Source: a virus (taxonomy: Duplodnaviria > Caudoviricetes). Taken from it: 64,000 bases of DNA. Below the pieces are notes generated by a model. That model was not told the origin of the DNA, ran no database searches, and saw only the letters and a program-made list of their open reading frames with translations. Shown here one piece after another: positions 59,105 to 64,000 of the stretch. The DNA is taken from positions 1 through 64,000 of the IMG/VR virus record IMGVR_UViG_3300032227_001336. The stretch is one strand, 5' to 3'. Every line of letters begins with the position of its first letter. Position 1 is the first letter of the stretch. Position numbers and translations under genes: made by a program.

Positions 59105-59824
59105 CTAATCAAGCTCTTCAAATTTTTCTATGATATAAGCTAATATATCATTTCTCATAATATCTTCGCGCCCAAATTTAAATGTGCATATACCCTTATC
59201 TTTACTTTTCTTGTCATCAAAAAGATTATATATCCTGTCAAACCCGCTATTCTTGATATCTGATTGACGAATATCTCCAATTAAAATTAATTTACTAAAC
59301 TTGCCCATTCTTGTAGTTATTAATAATAGATCATGTATGCTTAAATTTTGAGCTTCGTCACATATAATGTAACTAGCATTAATACTAAGTCCTCTTAAAA
59401 AGCCTACTGGTAATCCTTTTACTCGTTCTTGTTTTAGGAGCGTTTCTACCTGATTTTTTGGTAGTAATTCATGCAATTTATCCATTAATGGTTGAAGATA
59501 AGGATCAAGTTTACTATGAAGATCTCCTTTAAGAAATCCTAGATTATGAGTTGAACTTTCTACTGGATTACGTACATAAAATATTTCACCAATTTTTTTC
59601 TGATTTATAGCATTTAAAGCTGCATATACGCTAAGAAGACTTTTCGCTGTTCCTGCTGGGCCTTTACAAAATACCATTTTGGTATTTTTATCTTGAAGCA
59701 ATTGAATAAATTTCTTTTGATTATCTGTCCATTGTAATTCTCTAATAGTTAAGAAACCTTCAATTTTATCTCTTTGAGGAACAGGGACTGACTTATCTTC
59801 TTTTTGCTTATGTTTTTTAGACAT
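59105..59824 (-). CDS. phoH: PhoH-family ATPase
   Basis: GPAGTAKS, LGFLKGDL..K..PY, FLRG, ICDEAQN, TRMG, GDIRQSD, DIMR. Confidence 0.92.
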   Translation of the reverse strand: MSKKHKQKEDKSVPVPQRDKIEGFLTIRELQWTDNQKKFIQLLQDKNTKMVFCKGPAGTAKSLLSVYAALNAINQKKIGEIFYVRNPVESSTHNLGFLKGDLHSKLDPYLQPLMDKLHELLPKNQVETLLKQERVKGLPVGFLRGLSINASYIICDEAQNLSIHDLLLITTRMGKFSKLILIGDIRQSDIKNSGFDRIYNLFDDKKSKDKGICTFKFGREDIMRNDILAYIIEKFEELD

Positions 59825-59892
59825 TGTACTTACTGTAAATAATTACACCCCAATTGTATTAATTTTTAAATTAATTTTAATAAAGTTTAAAC

Positions 59893-60177
59893 TTAATTAA
59901 TTAAAGAATAACCTTCTTTAAATTTTAAATCTAAAGAAAATGAATTAACAGCTTGGCCTTCGTCAAATCTTTTAATAAAGTTTGCTCCAATTTTTGGCAT
60001 AACTGCAGTATATTCTTTGTTTTTAATTTTTATATTAACATGAGAAGGTAGTACTGAAATGCTAGTAATTTTACCTTTCATATTTTTTTTGATTGCTCTG
60101 GCGATTGCACAATTTTGAGGATTAGCTTTTTCTCCTTCAAAAATGTTTCTTTCTGTTATGTTTATTGTTTTATTCAC
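59893..60177 (-). CDS. hypothetical protein
   Basis: 94-aa ORF (NCAIARAI..FIKRFD), GTGA overlap with the previous gene. Confidence 0.7.
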   Translation of the reverse strand: MNKTINITERNIFEGEKANPQNCAIARAIKKNMKGKITSISVLPSHVNIKIKNKEYTAVMPKIGANFIKRFDEGQAVNSFSLDLKFKEGYSLIN

Positions 60178-60815
60178 TTTTTTATTTCCTCTATTTTATA
60201 GTTATAATTATTACTGTCTTCAGTAATCCATTTTGGACTATTTTCAGAAGTATAAATATGACTATTTATTTTTCTTTCCAAAACCAATTCATTTGGTTTT
60301 GTAGCGAAACTTGGATCAAAGACTTTAATTCTATTATTTGGTTGAATAGCAAAATTACCATTATCAAGTTTAATAACATGTCCAGCTTTGTGTTGATCTG
60401 GTTTTTGACTAAATCCAAAATTTAATTCATTATAATCACTATGCGCCCAATCAAGAGTAAATAAATAACTACCCATGTATTCCTTGCCAGTTCTTCCTGT
60501 ATATTTGAGTACTTTATTTTCTAATAAATAAAAGGTTGTTACAGCTATATGATAACTAAAGCTATCCCAAAGCTCTAACTCTGTTAATTCCATAGTTGGA
60601 GCATCTTCTTTATGACAAAACGCACTAATAGGCGCATGCCACCAAATTCCGCCATCTTCCATAAGAAAATTAAAAAGCGGAGCTTGGCTAGGAAGACTTG
60701 TAACACCAAAAATTAAACATTTATATTTTTTATCAAAACTATCTTCTTGATTCCTCATGTAATTTCCACGAACATAGCATTCGATAGGAGGAATATTTGC
60801 GTTCAAGAAAGACAT
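60174..60815 (-). CDS. hypothetical phage protein
   Basis: 213 aa (LNANIPP..YLFTLDW..HK..LDNGNFAIQPNNR); GTGTAAT 8 nt upstream. Confidence 0.78.
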   Translation of the reverse strand: MSFLNANIPPIECYVRGNYMRNQEDSFDKKYKCLIFGVTSLPSQAPLFNFLMEDGGIWWHAPISAFCHKEDAPTMELTELELWDSFSYHIAVTTFYLLENKVLKYTGRTGKEYMGSYLFTLDWAHSDYNELNFGFSQKPDQHKAGHVIKLDNGNFAIQPNNRIKVFDPSFATKPNELVLERKINSHIYTSENSPKWITEDSNNYNYKIEEIKK

Positions 60816-60824
60816 TTAATATTA

Positions 60825-62312
60825 TTACACTAATGATCCTGTTATATTTAATATAATATTGCTGTTTTTCCCACCAAAGTATAATCCATTACTGAAATCT
60901 ATTGTTAGTGCATTAGAATTGCAAGAGTTATGGGCTCTATCTTCTCCATCTCCAAGAATTGCTGCTCCACAATGATTAGCATTAATAATTGAACATCTAC
61001 CTCCTAGTATGGAACCGTAATTTGCACATACTTTATTAGATGATCCACCGCCAATAAAAGAATAATCTCCATAAGCTTTATTATATTGTCCATTGCCAAT
61101 AAATGAAAAAGATCCACTTGCATTATTTTCCATTCCATTTCCTATAAATGAAAAATATCCAGCATTAATAATATTATCCTGTCCATTACCAATAAATGAA
61201 TCAGGGCTACAAATTTTATTTGAATTTCCATAACCGATAAATGAACCATATGCATCGCCTCCGCCGTCGCCACCAGATATTATATTTGCAATTCCTCCGC
61301 CAATAAAAGAACCTTGTATTGCTAAATTACAAACTCCACCAATTATGATACTAGCATTAATTGCTTTATTTTTACATCCATGTAAAATTATAGAAGCAGA
61401 TTCTGTTTCATTTTCAGATCCTCCACCAATAAAATTAAAACCACAATATGCTTTATTATCAAATCCTCCACCTATAAAATCTCCATATGTAGCAGTTTCT
61501 TCATCTATAATTCCACTTACTAAATTACCCGCTCCACCAATAATTGTAGACCCCATTGATAAACATATTGTATTATCGCTGCCATTTAAAATTGTTCCAT
61601 AACAATTCGTTGTATTATTTTTTCCTCCGCCGATAAAATTACCATGATTGTATGCTTTATTTAAACATCCACCACCAATAAAATCTGGAGTTGCTTCCGA
61701 TAAATTTTGTCCACTAATAGCATTCATTCTTCCACCAAGAATTGTGGACATTCTTGAATTGCATATCGAATTGCACCATCCTCCTAATATATTATTTAAA
61801 GCAAAAATTCCACCTCCTGTTATTAAGTTTTCTAAACCACCACCAATAAATGACCAACTACCATCTATAGTATTATTTGCTCCATTTATTATTGATGATT
61901 GATATGATGGCGCATTACGGCTTCCAGGGCCAGTTTTAGGTCTTATAGTTATAAAATTACAACATCCTGCTCCAATTAAACTAAATGCGCTGCCAGCAAT
62001 ATTATTCCAACCTCCACCAATAACTACATACTGATCTATAGCTTGATTATCTGCTCCACCTCCAACAAATGCATATACATCTGCTATATTATTTTGCCCT
62101 CCACCAATTGATGCAAAATCTCCTGTGATAATATTTGCTGTTCCACCAGCAATTACTCCTCCTACGCTTAAAGCTTTAACGCTTGATTGACTTCCAAAAT
62201 CTGCTTGACCAGATGTTCCTAAAACTTCGTTTTTAATTATATATCTAGCGTCTAACTGACCAGAATCGGTTAATTGCTCGGTAAATATCTGAAGTCCATT
62301 AAATGTACGCAT
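60825..62312 (-). CDS. fibre-like protein with IGGGxxN beta-roll repeats
   Basis: Many ~14-aa FIGGGxxN repeats, several with Cys; GTGTAAA 8 nt upstream. Confidence 0.75.
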   Translation of the reverse strand: MRTFNGLQIFTEQLTDSGQLDARYIIKNEVLGTSGQADFGSQSSVKALSVGGVIAGGTANIITGDFASIGGGQNNIADVYAFVGGGADNQAIDQYVVIGGGWNNIAGSAFSLIGAGCCNFITIRPKTGPGSRNAPSYQSSIINGANNTIDGSWSFIGGGLENLITGGGIFALNNILGGWCNSICNSRMSTILGGRMNAISGQNLSEATPDFIGGGCLNKAYNHGNFIGGGKNNTTNCYGTILNGSDNTICLSMGSTIIGGAGNLVSGIIDEETATYGDFIGGGFDNKAYCGFNFIGGGSENETESASIILHGCKNKAINASIIIGGVCNLAIQGSFIGGGIANIISGGDGGGDAYGSFIGYGNSNKICSPDSFIGNGQDNIINAGYFSFIGNGMENNASGSFSFIGNGQYNKAYGDYSFIGGGSSNKVCANYGSILGGRCSIINANHCGAAILGDGEDRAHNSCNSNALTIDFSNGLYFGGKNSNIILNITGSLV

Positions 62313-62321
62313 ATCATATAT

Positions 62322-62930
62322 TTACACCAATATACCAGTTGTATTTAACAAGAAATTAGAATCAGTTGGATTGATTATAATATTATTGAAAAATCCTGTA
62401 TTATCCACTTTTAAATTCCCACCAGCTATGTGAACTTTTTCTTGTGGGTCAAATGTACCAAAACCTATTTTTTGTCCATTTTGCAAAGCAAAAACTCCAC
62501 TTTGCTCTATATGATTAAATCTTTCATCAATTGTATAGCTTGTTAGTATTCCTTGGCTAAAAAAAGCAGGAGGTGCTGGATTCGGAAATGGTATTGTTAC
62601 TCCAGTTTTATTTATTTGGATTGTGTTGTTTCCTTGGATTCTTCCAGGCACACTTGATCCTGTTACTATATACCATTTTTGAGTATTTATATGACGATTT
62701 AAATCTGCTTGACTAGAAAACGTAAAACTAAATTTGAATCCAGTAGCATAAACTCCACCAGGACCAAACGGAATTACGGATTCTGTTCCATTAGATAATA
62801 AATATCTTTGTATTGGTGTGGATGGTACAAAAGCATTATTTGTATATCCAGAAGCTATATATGCTGATCCACTCAGACTTGTAGATCCAAGTACTGTTAA
62901 ATTTCCTGTTATTAATGAGATATCTGCCAT
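62322..62930 (-). CDS. fibre-like virion protein
   Basis: KIGFGTFDPQEKVHIAGG fibre motif. Confidence 0.6.
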   Translation of the reverse strand: MADISLITGNLTVLGSTSLSGSAYIASGYTNNAFVPSTPIQRYLLSNGTESVIPFGPGGVYATGFKFSFTFSSQADLNRHINTQKWYIVTGSSVPGRIQGNNTIQINKTGVTIPFPNPAPPAFFSQGILTSYTIDERFNHIEQSGVFALQNGQKIGFGTFDPQEKVHIAGGNLKVDNTGFFNNIIINPTDSNFLLNTTGILV

Positions 62931-62934
62931 AAAA

Positions 62935-63756
62935 TTATCCTGCTGTTACTGTTGGAGAAAAAACATTCCCATCTGCTAACACCAGCAATTGTCTTCCATT
63001 TAAATAAAGTCCTCCACTTATATAAACTCCACTGGCAAAATCTAATGTTAGAGTATGAGGACCAGAAGAATTATGCTGACGAGCTTGACCATCGCTCAGA
63101 ATTGTCGCACCGCTATCTGAAATACTTATGTAATTACATCTGCCCGCTAAAATAGAAGAATAGTTTGAAAATGCAGTATTTTTTTCTCCACCACCAATAA
63201 AAGAATATAGACCACTTGCTATATTATTGCATCCTCCTAAAGCTTCAGAATACATACCAATTGCGCAGTTATATTGTCCACCACCAATAACTGCATAACG
63301 ATTCTGAACGCAATTTAGTCTGCCGCCTCCAACAAAACCTCCTTGACAAGTTACATAGTTACAATTGCCACCACCAATTACAGCGCCATTTCCATCTACA
63401 AAATTTTCATATCCTGCGCCAATTAAAGAATATATTCCTGAAGTGCAATTAAATGCACCGCCAATAATTGTAGAATATGCACCAATAGTACAGTTGTATG
63501 AACCACCCACGATAGAAGAATAACTAGATAAAGTTGAATTAAGCGCTCCTCCAAAAACTGAAGACCAATCTCCAGATGCCGTATTACATAGCCCTCCTAC
63601 TACTGCAGCTGAACGACCAGATACATAAGAATTAATTCCAAAATTAACTGAACCAGAACTGCCAATTAATAAATTAATTTCACTCGCCTTGACTTCGCTT
63701 TTTCGTCCACTATCATCAATTTTAATAAGATATATTTTAGTTAAGTCTGTTGCCAT
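62935..63756 (-). CDS. fibre-like protein with IGGGxxN repeats, paralogue of 60825..62312
   Basis: Same repeats; shared GAxILxDG..HNS..LTxDFxxG end domain. Confidence 0.75.
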   Translation of the reverse strand: MATDLTKIYLIKIDDSGRKSEVKASEINLLIGSSGSVNFGINSYVSGRSAAVVGGLCNTASGDWSSVFGGALNSTLSSYSSIVGGSYNCTIGAYSTIIGGAFNCTSGIYSLIGAGYENFVDGNGAVIGGGNCNYVTCQGGFVGGGRLNCVQNRYAVIGGGQYNCAIGMYSEALGGCNNIASGLYSFIGGGEKNTAFSNYSSILAGRCNYISISDSGATILSDGQARQHNSSGPHTLTLDFASGVYISGGLYLNGRQLLVLADGNVFSPTVTAG

Positions 63757-63760
63757 AAAT

Positions 63761-64000
63761 TTATACCTTAGTCCAATTTATATATACTGGTATAGCAAAC
63801 CAATTTCCTTCTATACCATTCCCACTAGAACAGATATACATGAATTGATTATCCCAGGCTATTTGGCCACTATACCCAGGAGAATAAATTCCAGTTGGTG
63901 GATTACCTGCACCAAGACGAACCCCTGCATTTAGATTAATTTCTGATGTATTACCTGTTACTCTTGCGTATCTTAAATCTAATTGACCAGTATTAGTCAA
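63761..64000 (-). CDS. small fibre-associated protein, 5' end outside window
   Basis: LTNTGQLDLRY matches LTDSGQLDARY of 60825..62312; GQIAWDNQFMYIC motif. Confidence 0.65.
   Translation of the reverse strand: MTNTGQLDLRYARVTGNTSEINLNAGVRLGAGNPPTGIYSPGYSGQIAWDNQFMYICSSGNGIEGNWFAIPVYINWTKV

Noticed and set aside
1-64000. Stop-codon reassignment, introns/inteins, tRNA genes, integrase
   Set aside because: Genes tile the window densely in the standard code; TerL, portal and capsid are uninterrupted; no cloverleaf or recombinase motifs seen by eye

Overview
The whole window is an AT-rich segment of a large tailed dsDNA phage genome (Caudoviricetes, siphovirus-type tail) carrying its virion morphogenesis genes. 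It contains a lambda-like tail-tip operon (gpM/L/K/I/J-like, + strand) converging on a 2225-aa tape measure protein, tail chaperones, tail tube, head-tail joining genes, several repeat-rich fibre proteins, a GT9-like glycosyltransferase, major capsid/decoration/protease-scaffold genes, a lysis cassette with lipoproteins (suggesting a diderm host), a sigma-factor-like gene, an ERCC4/XPF nuclease, terminase, portal and PhoH. No tRNA, rRNA, CRISPR array, integrase or reverse transcriptase was seen. Most notable observations: (1) a GTGTAA(T/A) motif upstream of about 24 gene starts, most often exactly 8 nt before the ATG, which looks like a late promoter giving leaderless mRNAs and may be read by the phage's Cys-rich sigma factor; (2) a tape measure protein punctuated by repeated GF(I/V)PNF motifs that bracket a PD-(D/E)xK nuclease-like segment, suggesting an ejected polyprotein with cargo; (3) strong [S/T]-G enrichment in tail and fibre proteins next to a glycosyltransferase; (4) a twin-hairpin, nut-like leader before the longest fibre gene; (5) a 49-aa lipoprotein missed by the ORF track. 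All product calls come from motif recognition and synteny by eye; no database searches were run.
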